Below are positions 10,087 to 20,230 of a stretch of DNA of 64,000 bases, in pieces. The position numbers were made by a program, and so were the translations under genes. Each line of letters opens with the position of its first letter. Position 1 is the stretch's first letter. The notes under the pieces were generated by a model. The model saw only the letters and a program-made list of their open reading frames with translations, was not told where the DNA came from and made no database searches. Location: positions 320,001-384,000 of the forward strand of contig CAVPNL010000006.1 of the NCBI GenBank assembly GCA_963706575.1, written 5' to 3'. This stretch comes from an uncultured delta proteobacterium (GTDB lineage: Bacteria > Desulfobacterota > Desulfobacteria > Desulfobacterales > JAHEIW01).

Positions 10087-10117
10087 AAAGAATTCAAAAC
10101 TTGCTGGAAAATCCAAA

Positions 10118-10846
10118 ATGAGTCACAAGCAGACGGTTACTTTATTTATCCAGTGCCTGGTTGACACCATATATCCCGAGGTGGCCGAAGCCATGGTGGG
10201 TGTTTTACGTCGGTTGGGCATCTCATTAACCTGTCCAACCGATCAAACCTGTTGCGGGCAGCCGGCCTTTAATTCCGGCTATCGCCGGCAGGCCCGTTTT
10301 GCCGCCCAACATTTCATTGACGTCTTCGAAGATTCAGAAATAATTGTCTGTCCGTCGGGTTCCTGCGTAAACATGGTGCGTCACCATTATGAGGATTTGT
10401 TTGAAAACAATTCTGAATGGTTGCGGCGGGCGCGGGATCTTGCAAATCGCACCTATGAATTCAGTGAATATCTGGTGGACGTTCTGGGCGTTGATGAAGT
10501 GGGCGCACACTTTGAGGGCCGGCTAACCTATCATGATTCCTGCCATTTGCTACGCGGTATCGGTGTCAGGCAACAACCGCGCAAACTGCTTCACAAGGTT
10601 TCCGGCGCTGATTTTATCGAAATGCGGGATTCGGATTATTGCTGCGGATTCGGCGGCTCGTTTTCGGTGAAATATTCCGATATCTCGAATGCCATGGTGA
10701 CGGATAAAGTCAAAAACATTATGGATACCGGAGCGGACGTGGTGGTGGGCTGTGATATGGGCTGCTTGATGAACATCCAGGGCAAGCTCAGCCGCATGGG
10801 ATCCGATATTAAGGTCATGCATATCGCCCAAATCCTTGCCTCTTAG
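10118..10846 (+). CDS. lutA: Lactate utilization protein A (CCG-domain Fe-S protein)
   Basis: QTCCGQPAFNSG, PSGSC, TYHDSCH, CCGFGGSF, DMGCLMNI; first gene of the LUD trio. Confidence 0.9.
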   Translation: MSHKQTVTLFIQCLVDTIYPEVAEAMVGVLRRLGISLTCPTDQTCCGQPAFNSGYRRQARFAAQHFIDVFEDSEIIVCPSGSCVNMVRHHYEDLFENNSEWLRRARDLANRTYEFSEYLVDVLGVDEVGAHFEGRLTYHDSCHLLRGIGVRQQPRKLLHKVSGADFIEMRDSDYCCGFGGSFSVKYSDISNAMVTDKVKNIMDTGADVVVGCDMGCLMNIQGKLSRMGSDIKVMHIAQILAS

Positions 10847-10882
10847 TGCTCAGCTGAATGTAGTGGAACTCATGAATAATTT

Positions 10883-10954
10883 ACCACGAAAGCACGAAAT
10901 TACGAAAACACGGAAAAAATATTTCGTGCTTTTAATCTTTCGTGTTTTCGTGGT
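10883..10954. repeat. Inverted tandem-repeat element, CACGAAAN (8-bp) unit
   Basis: ACCACGAAAGCACGAAATTACGAAAACACGG ... TTTCGTGCTTTTAATCTTTCGTGTTTTCGTGGT, between lutA and lutB. Confidence 0.85.
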
Positions 10955-11002
10955 TTTACTTCAAATATTTTCATCTTATTCGGTTAATTACAAAATTACA
11001 AA

Positions 11003-12433
11003 ATGACAAAAATAACCACCGAAAATTACGTGGCTGAGGCGCGAAAGGCCATCAAAAACCAGGTGCTGCAAAGGGCGCTGGCTGATTTGCAGAATCGCTT
11101 CGGTCGGGGCACCGCCGAGTGCTATCGCCGGCTGCCTGAAGGACCGGGCCTGCGCTTAAAAGCCCATGAAGTCCGGATGCAAACTGTCGAAAATCTGGAT
11201 GTTGTACTGGAAACACTGGCTGCCAATATTCGCAAAAACGGTGGTCAGGTGTTTTTTGCCGAAGACGGCCAGGCGGCAGTCAATTATTGCCTGGAAGTCG
11301 CGCAGCGGCATAAGGTCAGCCGGGTGGTTAAGGGCAAGTCCATGGTGAGTGAAGAAATCGGTTTAAACGATGCGCTCATCGATAGCGGCATCGATGTATC
11401 TGAAACCGATCTGGGCGAATATATCATTCAACTGGCCGGTGAAACCCCTTCTCACATCATTGCACCTGCGATTCACAAAACCCGCGCTGATGTTGGCAGT
11501 CTGTTTGCCGACAAACTCGATATTCCTTATGAAACGGATCCCCCGCGATTGACCTGGATTGCCAGGAAGGCCCTGCGCGAAAAATTTCTGGCTGCCGATA
11601 TGGGCACTTCGGGCTGCAATATCGCCTGCGCTGAAACCGGCCATATTACCACCGTTTCCAACGAAGGCAATATCCGGATGTCCACGACCCTGCCGAGGGT
11701 CCATATCGCCATCATGGGGATGGAGCGTGTCGCCGCCCGGCTGGAAGATCACGACATGCTTCTAAGGCTTCTATGCCGCGGTGCGGCCGCACAGAATATG
11801 GCGACCTATGTCAGTTATATCGGCGGGCCCCGCTCCGCCCATCAGGCCGACGGCCCGCAGGAATTTCACCTGGTTATTCTAGATAATGGGCGCAGCCGGA
11901 TTCTGGCGGATGAACAATTCCGTGAGATGCTGTGCTGCATCCGGTGTGCGGCCTGTCTGAACGTCTGCCCGGTTTACGCTAAGATCGGCGGGCATTCATA
12001 CGGATATGCCTATTCCGGACCGGTGGGCGCGGTGGTCACGCCGTTGCTGGTGGGGATCAATCGGGCCAAGGATCTGTGCCAGGGAGAAACCCTCTGCGGC
12101 GCCTGTCAGGATATATGCCCGGTCAATATCAATCTGCCGCGGATGCTGCTGGCGTTGCGGACAAAACTGGCTGAAGGCGACACGGCCTGGGGGGTGACAC
12201 CGGCGGACCGCAAGGAAAAGTTCTTATTTCAGGCCTGGTCATGGATGATTCGCAATCGAGGATTGTATGATGTCGCCGTTAAACTTGCAGCAACGGGACA
12301 GAAGCTTTTGACTCAAAAAGACGGCATGATACGCCGTTTGCCGCCACCGATGCATGGCTGGACAAAAGAGCGTGATATAAGGCCCCTGGCGGCGCAATCT
12401 TTCATCAGTCGTTGGAAAAAAGGTACAAAATGA
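11003..12433 (+). CDS. lutB: Lactate utilization protein B (LUD + 4Fe-4S)
   Basis: KGKSMVSEE, ETDLGEYIIQL, PSHIIAPAIH, NEGN, LDNGRS, CIRCAACLNVCP, CGACQDICP. Confidence 0.93.
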   Translation: MTKITTENYVAEARKAIKNQVLQRALADLQNRFGRGTAECYRRLPEGPGLRLKAHEVRMQTVENLDVVLETLAANIRKNGGQVFFAEDGQAAVNYCLEVAQRHKVSRVVKGKSMVSEEIGLNDALIDSGIDVSETDLGEYIIQLAGETPSHIIAPAIHKTRADVGSLFADKLDIPYETDPPRLTWIARKALREKFLAADMGTSGCNIACAETGHITTVSNEGNIRMSTTLPRVHIAIMGMERVAARLEDHDMLLRLLCRGAAAQNMATYVSYIGGPRSAHQADGPQEFHLVILDNGRSRILADEQFREMLCCIRCAACLNVCPVYAKIGGHSYGYAYSGPVGAVVTPLLVGINRAKDLCQGETLCGACQDICPVNINLPRMLLALRTKLAEGDTAWGVTPADRKEKFLFQAWSWMIRNRGLYDVAVKLAATGQKLLTQKDGMIRRLPPPMHGWTKERDIRPLAAQSFISRWKKGTK

Positions 12434-13185
12434 GCACAGCCAACCAGGAAGAATTTATAAACCGCATAAAACTGGCTTTGGGAAAACCGTTTTCAGAGTC
12501 CCGCCAAAAGGTGGACTTGTTCAGCCGCGAGATGTCCGCTGAAACCAGCGCCATTCTGGAGGGCATCAAAAACCGAACCGCTGAGGAAAGAAAAGAACTG
12601 CTCGAAACCCTGATCGAAGCCGCCGGCCCGATCCATTTAACGGTTAGGACGTGTGTGGATATCAACGCGGTCACCGACGCAATTGCTGAAGTTGTGCGGG
12701 ATAAAGATCCTGAATGGGGGGATAAAAAGCGTGTGGTGGCCTGGCAGCACCCGCTGATCGAAAGCCTGAATCTGCCCGACGCCCTGTCTGAACAGGGAGT
12801 GCCGGTGTTTTATACTGATTTGCAAAAGACCGATGAAGCAAGTCTGCGCCAGGGCATCATCGATTCCTATATCGGAATCACTTCAGCTGATTTTTGCATG
12901 GCGGACACGGCCACCCTGGTCATGCGAACGCGGCCGGGCCAGGCGCGTTCGGTTTCGCTGGTGCCGGCAATCCACATTGCTGTAGTCGAACTCAACCGGA
13001 TCATCGCCGATTTGAAAGAACTTTACGCCCTGTTAAAATGGGATCCGCAGGAGAGCAAAGAAGGTGTAACCAATTGCATGACATTCATATCCGGTCCCAG
13101 TAAAACCGCCGATATCGAGGCCACCATGGTTCACGGCGCGCATGGTCCCCGGGAAGTCTATATTTTTGTAATTACCGCCGAATAG
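12430..13185 (+). CDS. lutC: Lactate utilization protein C (LUD domain)
   Basis: RSVSLVP.IH and ISGPSKTADIE...VHGAHGP; ATGA overlap with the lutB stop. Confidence 0.9.
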   Translation: MSTANQEEFINRIKLALGKPFSESRQKVDLFSREMSAETSAILEGIKNRTAEERKELLETLIEAAGPIHLTVRTCVDINAVTDAIAEVVRDKDPEWGDKKRVVAWQHPLIESLNLPDALSEQGVPVFYTDLQKTDEASLRQGIIDSYIGITSADFCMADTATLVMRTRPGQARSVSLVPAIHIAVVELNRIIADLKELYALLKWDPQESKEGVTNCMTFISGPSKTADIEATMVHGAHGPREVYIFVITAE

Positions 13186-13448
13186 TGAAAATCGACTTAA
13201 AAGAAAAAAAATTAATTTGAAGCTTTACAATTTTTTAAATTATTGTCATTTATGCTGTGATAAGCGAGGATCTCTAATAGAAGCCGATCTGATGTTTCTC
13301 TTTCCAACTTAGCGAACCGCTGTTTCCGTTTAGAACATGACACAGAGCCTGTTGCCGTGATGCCTCAAGCTGTAACCGAACTTCAAAAAGAACAAGTTCT
13401 TCTTCGAATTTTCGGTTTAAGCCTTTTGGTTTAAAGAGATTCCATTCC

Positions 13449-13462
13449 TTGATCTAAGTCAA
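13449..13462. promoter_or_regulatory. Crp/Fnr-family (FNR/DNR/HcpR-like) box
   Basis: TTGAT-CTAA-GTCAA, one mismatch to TTGAT-N4-ATCAA, about 90 bp upstream of the qNOR start. Confidence 0.65.
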
Positions 13463-13554
13463 ACCGCTTTTCGCTGTGGGGGAATATTTAAGATTGCATC
13501 TGAGGGGTGCGTAAATTTTTCAAACCACTGTTAAAACCAAAAGAGGAGGTGTAA

Positions 13555-15828
13555 ATGTCACTTAAAACATTAAAATGGGCAGCAATTCTGTGTTTTGTTG
13601 TTGCCATGGCCGTCCTGCTGGTCGGCGGCGTCGCCATGAAAAATGACCTGCCGCCTTATCCCGCAAAGGTCGTCGACGCCGGCGGCAACGTACTTTTTGA
13701 GCGCTCGGATATCATTGCCGGTCAGGACGTCTATCAGCGCTTCGGCCTGATGGATCATGGGGCGGTATGGGGTCACGGTTCCCAGAGGGGGTCGGAGTTT
13801 TCGGCCACATCGCTGCACATCGTGGCCGAGGCCATTGGCGATTATCTGGCCCTGGCGGATTACGGTAAAAATTATGCCCAGCTCGATGATCTGCAAAAAG
13901 AGATCATCGATGTTAAGACCAGGGCTGAGATCAAACCCAACCGCTATGATGCCGACAGCGATACGCTCAAACTCACCGACGCTCAGGTCAAAGGTCTTGA
14001 GCGCGTCATGCAACACTGGGAAAAAACCTTTAAAGACGGTGAAATCCGCTATGGTTTTCTTCCCAACACGGTTCCCGAGCAACAGCAGCGTATGCAGATA
14101 TCACGCTTTTTCTTCTGGACGGCATGGGTGGCCTCAACGCTTCGTCCGGGAGAAGACTACTCTTACACCAACAACTGGCCCCCGGACACCCGGGTGGGCA
14201 ACGTCCCGAGTACCGACGCCTTTTTCTATTCCATCGCCGGCGTTCTGGCCCTGCTGGTTGTCCTGGCGCTGTTTGTCTACTGCATTCACCGTTACGGCTT
14301 ATGGTATGGACAAGCCAAAGGGACGGCCCTGGCTGAAAAATTGATCGATATGCCCTTGACCCGCAGCCAGTTTCAAGCCGCCAAATTTTTTGTGGTGGTG
14401 ATTCTGTTATTTTTGCTCCAGACCAGCTTCGGCGGGTTGCTGGCGCATTACACGATTCATCCAGGCAGCTTTTTCTTACCCATCGTAGCAAACCTGATCC
14501 CTTATAGCTGGGCCAAAACCTGGCATTTGCAGCTGATGGTTTTCTGGATTGCCACCACCTGGTTGGCGTCCGCCATCTATCTGGCGCCAATCATCGGCGG
14601 CAAAGAACCGGCCAAGCAGAGCCTTCTGGTTAAGTTGCTTTTCGCTGCTGTCCTGCTTGTGGCTGTGGGCAGCCTGACCGGAGAGGTTCTGGGTATCAAG
14701 GGGATGCTGGGGAATTTATGGTTCTGGCTGGGCCATCAGGGCTGGGAATTTCTGGAGCTGGGCCGTATCTGGCAAATCCTGCTGTTTGTGGGTCTGATTT
14801 TCTGGCTGCTGATCGTGTACCGGGCCGTTGGCGGTCATCTGAAGCGCCACAAGGATGAATTCAGCGCCTTGGTCTGGTTTTACGTGTTCAGCGCCGTGAT
14901 GGTGGTCGGCTTTTTTGGTTTCGGGCTTTTTTACGGCCAGGGCTCGCACCTGACCATGGCGGACTACTGGCGCTGGTTCGTGGTTCACCTCTGGGTGGAA
15001 AGCATCTTCGAGTTTTTCGGTATTGCGGTCATTGCACTGCTGATGGTGGCCATGGGGCTGGCCACGGCCAAGGCCGCTTTAAGGGTGGCTTATTTTACCG
15101 CGGCCCTTACTTTTCTCAGTGGGATTATCGGAACCGCCCATCACTATTACTGGTACGGCGGGGCTGCTTTCTGGATTGGCTGGGGGTCGATATTCTCTTC
15201 GATGGAGCCGGTGCCGTTATTGACGCTGGTGGTGCGCGGTTTAATGGAGTACCGCGAGATCCGTAAAGAGGGCAGGGAGTTCTCTTACAAGTGGCCCCTG
15301 TATTTTCTGGTGGCCGCTTCCTTCTGGAACTTTCTGGGCGCCGGAATCTTTGGCTTCCTGATCAATTTGCCGATTATCAATTTTTTTGAACACGGGACCT
15401 ACCTGACCATGCACCACGGTCATACGGCCATGTTCGGAACCTACGGCATGCTTTCCGTCGCTTTGCTGCTGTTCTCCTGGCGCGGTCTGGTCGACAAGGC
15501 CCACTGGAAAGATGGAATCCTGAAGCTTTCCTTCTGGGGTCTCAACGGCGGGTTGTTTCTGATGGCGTTTGCCACCCTGCTGCCGATCGGGGCCATGCAG
15601 GCCTGGATCTCTTTTAAAGACGGCCTCTGGGTGGCCCGCAGTGCGGATTTCTTCGAGAAGGGCGCCGTCGTCTGGCTCGGAACCTTTCGCGCCCTCCCCG
15701 ACACCATCATCATCGTGCTGGGGGTCCTGCCGCTGGCCTACTTTCTCATCACAACGTATCCGCACCTAAAAGCTGCGGAAATCAAAGACAATGAGTCCGT
15801 GTGGGAACGGCTGGGGATTGAACTCTAA
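13555..15828 (+). CDS. norB: Quinol-dependent nitric oxide reductase (qNOR, NorZ/long NorB)
   Basis: GAVWGHG, SYTNNWP, TWHLQ, QGWEFLELGR, WRWFVVHLWVESIFE, GTAHHYYW, SSMEP, HHGHTAMFG; 757 aa; GGAGG RBS. Confidence 0.95.
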   Translation: MSLKTLKWAAILCFVVAMAVLLVGGVAMKNDLPPYPAKVVDAGGNVLFERSDIIAGQDVYQRFGLMDHGAVWGHGSQRGSEFSATSLHIVAEAIGDYLALADYGKNYAQLDDLQKEIIDVKTRAEIKPNRYDADSDTLKLTDAQVKGLERVMQHWEKTFKDGEIRYGFLPNTVPEQQQRMQISRFFFWTAWVASTLRPGEDYSYTNNWPPDTRVGNVPSTDAFFYSIAGVLALLVVLALFVYCIHRYGLWYGQAKGTALAEKLIDMPLTRSQFQAAKFFVVVILLFLLQTSFGGLLAHYTIHPGSFFLPIVANLIPYSWAKTWHLQLMVFWIATTWLASAIYLAPIIGGKEPAKQSLLVKLLFAAVLLVAVGSLTGEVLGIKGMLGNLWFWLGHQGWEFLELGRIWQILLFVGLIFWLLIVYRAVGGHLKRHKDEFSALVWFYVFSAVMVVGFFGFGLFYGQGSHLTMADYWRWFVVHLWVESIFEFFGIAVIALLMVAMGLATAKAALRVAYFTAALTFLSGIIGTAHHYYWYGGAAFWIGWGSIFSSMEPVPLLTLVVRGLMEYREIRKEGREFSYKWPLYFLVAASFWNFLGAGIFGFLINLPIINFFEHGTYLTMHHGHTAMFGTYGMLSVALLLFSWRGLVDKAHWKDGILKLSFWGLNGGLFLMAFATLLPIGAMQAWISFKDGLWVARSADFFEKGAVVWLGTFRALPDTIIIVLGVLPLAYFLITTYPHLKAAEIKDNESVWERLGIEL

Positions 15829-15852
15829 TCTGAATTTCAAGATCTAAAAACC

Positions 15853-15888
15853 AAAAGGCCCGGTTCAAATCGAACCGGGCCTTTTTTT
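15853..15888 (+). terminator. Rho-independent terminator of the qNOR gene
   Basis: AAAAGGCCCGGTTC-AAATC-GAACCGGGCC followed by T7. Confidence 0.9.
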
Positions 15889-16208
15889 CACAACCGATAG
15901 AGGTACCTCAAGACGGTCCGAGTCTTTGAATGAACCACCGTTTTTTCAAGAATCACGTTGGCTGTTTTGTGAAATTGACACTGGTCTGCTTCGCACCTAT
16001 TTTTTCCGAATTCCTTGCATAAATCAGGACTCAACCGACTTTCATTTTCGGATATAAACCGTTTGACCAACCTGATCGGATCATCCTATAAATGTCTTTA
16101 AGGTATATGTTGAAGGCCCAATTAACCTTGAAGAAGATTGAGTCGAGAAGAAAGCCAGGGTCCGGTACATCGCACATGTTTAGATAAATATCGTTGGAGG
16201 GACTAAAA

Positions 16209-18665
16209 TTGCGAAGAGAAGAAGTGGTTAAACTCAGTTTCGGTGATCGCAGCAGCCGAAAATCTCTGCGGGGTCACTTCTTTCGAGTGGCAAGCCCGAT
16301 CGGGTTTGTCGTTGTCATGCTGGCTGCGTTGCTGGCGATTACCGGTTACTCCTACTTTAGCAATCGACGGGATGCGCTGGCGCTGTCGAATGAAGTGCTG
16401 GGGGCGATTGAACGGCGCATCGCCGGAGAACTACAGGCTTTTATTACGCCCGTAGAAGATACGGTTCGGCTCACGGCTAATTTCTTAGAAAATACATCAT
16501 TTGATATTCAAAATCGGGCTTTATTGGAGCCGCTTGCTTTCAGGGTTTTGGGCAATCTTTCGCAGGTTACCAATTTCATTGTTGCTGATCCCCGGGGCAA
16601 TTTTTTAATGATAGCCCGCATGCCGGACGGATCCCTGCACACCAAAATCATCGAGCGCTCCGCGGCAGCGACACAGGTAACCTGGATCCGTCGCGATACA
16701 GAAGGCAACGTGGTTGATGAGCAAACATCCGTTGATGATTCTTACGATCCGCGGAATCGGCCCTGGTACACGGGGGCTGTAAACAGAGAAAAGCCAAACT
16801 GGTCGGATTTCTACATATTTTTTACCAGCCAGACCCACGGCGTGACGATCTCACTGCCGGTTATGGAAAAAAACGATGAACGCCTGGGTGTATTCGGCCT
16901 GGATATTGAATTGAAAGAGATCAGCGCGTTTCTGGAGACCTTAAAAATCGGCCAGAACGGTGAGGCCATTATTATCAATGAAGACGGTTATATCGTTGCC
17001 CATCCGGAGATCAAAAAAATGGTGAAAAGGGAAGGCGATGTATACAAACCCATCCGGGTGGAAGAACTGGGAAACCCGGTTTTAAATCGTGCATACAACC
17101 GCTTTCGCATCGATGGGTATGGTCATCGAGATTTGATCGTTGACGGTCAGCGCTATCTCAGTGCTGCTTTCATGCTTCCCCAAGAAACCGGACTCGATTT
17201 ATCGGTATTTGTTTTTGTTCCGGAAGAGGACTTTGTCGGCTTTGTTTCACGCAACAATCGTACCATTTTGCTGATGTCCTGCGGCATAGTCGTCCTGGCA
17301 GCAATTATGGCTGGTCTGCTGGTTTTCCAGGGGCTGCGGGCGGAACGCAATGCCCAGCAGGTGCTCGATCGCCAGCATGAACTCGAGGCCCAGAGCCGGG
17401 CCTTTTCCGAGCTGTCATCTAAAGCAGCCGTGTTTGATGCCGAGGATACGGAATCGTTTGGACAGTTAACCGAGGTTGTTGCCGATGCCATCAATTTAAG
17501 ACGTAACAGCCTGTGGAATTTTGATGATGGCGGCCAATTCTTGAAGTGTATCGACAGTTACGATCGCGAAAGCGATGGCCATACGCAGGGGACTGTTCTT
17601 GCGCGGGCCGACTTTGCTCCGTTGTTCGATCTGTTGCAGAACGGCCAAGAGATCAGTGCCCCTGATGCGCAAACCGATGATCGATTGACCGAGCTGTATC
17701 GGGTGTACTTGCAACCGCTGGGCTGTGAATCATTGTTGGCGGTACCGATTCGTTATCATGATTGGACAGCGGGGGCCCTGTGGTTCGAGCACGAGCGACG
17801 GCCCCACGCCTGGTCGACCGAAGAAATTTCTTTTGCCAACGCCATTGCCAACATGCTGGCATTACGGTTTTCAGCGGATCGAAAATCAATGCCCGCGCCT
17901 GCATATCTGAAAGACGAGGCAGACAGCGCCGAAGGTTCCGCTGCCCCAGGGGCGGGAGCAGGCACCGCTGACAGCGATGCTCGGCCCGAACGATCTCCGG
18001 AGAAGACCGATCGTGATGCACGGCAAACGACTGTTGTTTCTGCGGACAGAACAGGCCATTACACTTCGTTTTTGGATCGTCTGGCAGCCGCTGGCATTGA
18101 TCCTGACCAAATGGCTGCTGATGTTTTTACGGATACGACGGTCCTGGCCCTCCGATTTACAAATCCCATATCGCTTGCCGTGCGTATTACGGATACCGAA
18201 TCAACGACGATGGTTGAGCTCATGGTCGGCTATCTGGAAGAGCTGGTTGCATCCCGGGGCATCGAATATATGAAAATTATGGGGGATGAGATCGTCTGTG
18301 CGGCAGGAATCGATCCCGGCGCTAAAGACCATGCCCGTTTGATTGCCGACCTGGCGCTTAACCTCCAGAATCGCTGTACCGGCTTGTTTGCATCAATGAA
18401 CACCCCTATGGAGTTCCGCATCGGAATCGACACCGGGGCCGTTATGGGCAGTTCGGTGGGTCGCGAAGTGAAAACATACAATATCTGGGGCGAGGCCGTT
18501 CGTTTTGCATCAAAGATGGCAGAATCCGGCATAGCGGGTGGAATCCAGGTTTCGCAAACCACCTATCGACGTCTGCGAGCCGATTACCTTTTTCAGATGC
18601 GCGGCAGCTATTATTTGCCCAGCATCGGTGAGACGTCAACCTATCTTCTGACAGGACGAATATGA
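16209..18665 (+). CDS. Membrane protein TM-dCache-TM-GAF-class III nucleotide cyclase domain, catalytically degenerate
   Basis: YDPRNRPWY (dCache), SLLAVPI...GALWFE...WSTEE (GAF), YMKIMGD, FRIGIDTG, YNIWGEAV (cyclase fold). TTG at 16209 follows GGAGG; the ORF track starts at 16194. Confidence 0.85.
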   Translation: MRREEVVKLSFGDRSSRKSLRGHFFRVASPIGFVVVMLAALLAITGYSYFSNRRDALALSNEVLGAIERRIAGELQAFITPVEDTVRLTANFLENTSFDIQNRALLEPLAFRVLGNLSQVTNFIVADPRGNFLMIARMPDGSLHTKIIERSAAATQVTWIRRDTEGNVVDEQTSVDDSYDPRNRPWYTGAVNREKPNWSDFYIFFTSQTHGVTISLPVMEKNDERLGVFGLDIELKEISAFLETLKIGQNGEAIIINEDGYIVAHPEIKKMVKREGDVYKPIRVEELGNPVLNRAYNRFRIDGYGHRDLIVDGQRYLSAAFMLPQETGLDLSVFVFVPEEDFVGFVSRNNRTILLMSCGIVVLAAIMAGLLVFQGLRAERNAQQVLDRQHELEAQSRAFSELSSKAAVFDAEDTESFGQLTEVVADAINLRRNSLWNFDDGGQFLKCIDSYDRESDGHTQGTVLARADFAPLFDLLQNGQEISAPDAQTDDRLTELYRVYLQPLGCESLLAVPIRYHDWTAGALWFEHERRPHAWSTEEISFANAIANMLALRFSADRKSMPAPAYLKDEADSAEGSAAPGAGAGTADSDARPERSPEKTDRDARQTTVVSADRTGHYTSFLDRLAAAGIDPDQMAADVFTDTTVLALRFTNPISLAVRITDTESTTMVELMVGYLEELVASRGIEYMKIMGDEIVCAAGIDPGAKDHARLIADLALNLQNRCTGLFASMNTPMEFRIGIDTGAVMGSSVGREVKTYNIWGEAVRFASKMAESGIAGGIQVSQTTYRRLRADYLFQMRGSYYLPSIGETSTYLLTGRI

Positions 18666-19510
18666 ACGACGAACCCGTCATACCATCAGAAAAAGATGAT
18701 ACCTTGTATACGGCGCCAAAGCTGAGGCGTTTGCTGGCAACCACCGGTCGGTGGACCATTGGCCTATGGCAATGGCCGGTTACATTTATCAGCGATGCCG
18801 TGGCCGTCATCTGGCAAAGTTGCCGCCCGATCACCTGGCGACGTTCGATCCGCATCGAGTTTATGCGCCAGTGTTATCAGGTCGGGGCACAGGCTGTGCC
18901 GTTTATTCTGGTGAGCGGGATCTTCGTGGGATTTGGCATCGTCGCCCAGGCGCTCCATTGGCTAAAGGTCTTTGGCAGTACGGCATTGTTCGGCGGATTT
19001 CTGTCCACTGTTCTGGTACGTGAAATCGCGCCGGTGCTGGTCGGCCTGATTGTGATCGGACGCAGCGGATCAACCCTGTTGGTCGAGTTGGGCACAATGA
19101 AGACCGAAGGCCAGGTTCACATGCTGGATGCCCAGGGCATCGATCCGTTTCTTTATCTGGTGGTGCCGCGGGTTCTGGCATTTTGCGTTTGTATGTTTTC
19201 TCTGACGACGGCTTTTGTGGCGGTGGCCCTGTTAGCGGGATTTGCTTCAGGCAAGCTGTTCGGCTTGATACAATTCACTTTTTTTGATTTTATTAATCGC
19301 GCCATCGGTTCAATGGGCCGGCAGACATATTTATTGTTTACCCTGAAGACCGTTACCATTGGTTTTGTGGTTGCGCTGATATCCTGTAAGACGGCGCTGT
19401 CGCTCACCGATGTTTCGGCCAGGGTACTGGATATCATGCCGCGGGGGTTTGCCAAATCGGCGCTGGCTACCTTGATCATATCTATTGCACTGACAATTTT
19501 ATTGAAATGA
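18662..19510 (+). CDS. MlaE-family ABC permease
   Basis: VREIAPVLVGLIVIGRSGS...ELGTMK...LDAQGIDP..YLVVPR; ATGA overlap with the cyclase gene. Confidence 0.9.
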   Translation: MNDEPVIPSEKDDTLYTAPKLRRLLATTGRWTIGLWQWPVTFISDAVAVIWQSCRPITWRRSIRIEFMRQCYQVGAQAVPFILVSGIFVGFGIVAQALHWLKVFGSTALFGGFLSTVLVREIAPVLVGLIVIGRSGSTLLVELGTMKTEGQVHMLDAQGIDPFLYLVVPRVLAFCVCMFSLTTAFVAVALLAGFASGKLFGLIQFTFFDFINRAIGSMGRQTYLLFTLKTVTIGFVVALISCKTALSLTDVSARVLDIMPRGFAKSALATLIISIALTILLK

Positions 19511-19522
19511 AAGCTAAATCGG

Positions 19523-20230
19523 ATGGCGGTGATTCTTCAAAAGCAACGCGTGATTTTACGGTTCGATGATACGGTTTTCGCAAGCACAACCCATGGCCCC
19601 GCTAAGTCTAATGAAGTCGGCCTGAGTGTTTGCAGCGGGGAACTGTTTCTGATCCGTCTGGCGCGCTTTGAGCAAACTGCGACATTTGCAGACGCATGCG
19701 CCGGAATCCTCCAGCCGATCAGCGGCAAGGTATATTTTCTGGGAAGAAACTGGCCGGAGTTGCCTCCCGACCAGGCCAATGCGCTGCGGGGGCGGATCGG
19801 CCGTGTATTCAGGACGGCAAACTGGATCAACCACTTATCGCTGATGGAAAATATATTGCTTTCACAACTTCACCATACCCGCAGGTCTGTCCGCCGATTT
19901 CGTGATGAAGCCGGGAAGCTGGCACAGCAATTTGGTCTTCCGGGACTGCCCCTGGGGCTGCCGGGCGATTTTACACCTGCCGACCTGCGACGCGCTGCCT
20001 GTGTGCGGGCATTTTTGGGTCGACCCCTGCTGATTCTTTTAGAAGAGCCAACTTCCGGAATTTACGCTGAAATCATATCTGCATTGATGACCGCCGTTCG
20101 AGCGGCGCGTGAGCGCGGAGCTGCTGTCATCTGGCTGACACAAAAAAATTTGATCTGGCGTGATCCGACCCTGCCGGTAACCCAGCGATATCGACTGGTC
20201 GCCGGGAAGCTGATGGAGGTGACAATGTGA
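19523..20230 (+). CDS. MlaF-like ABC ATPase, degenerate
   Basis: ABC-fold remnants (PISGKVYFLG, LRGRIGRVF, LSLMENILL, LILLEEPT) but no Walker A or LSGGQ. Confidence 0.8.
   Translation: MAVILQKQRVILRFDDTVFASTTHGPAKSNEVGLSVCSGELFLIRLARFEQTATFADACAGILQPISGKVYFLGRNWPELPPDQANALRGRIGRVFRTANWINHLSLMENILLSQLHHTRRSVRRFRDEAGKLAQQFGLPGLPLGLPGDFTPADLRRAACVRAFLGRPLLILLEEPTSGIYAEIISALMTAVRAARERGAAVIWLTQKNLIWRDPTLPVTQRYRLVAGKLMEVTM

Noticed and set aside
13555..15828. Nitric oxide dismutase (Nod) or cbb3 oxidase subunit I
   Set aside because: The FeB His ligands and catalytic Glu motifs are canonical qNOR; the HLWVE region lacks the oxidase HP.VY-type motif, and no ccoO/P genes are adjacent.
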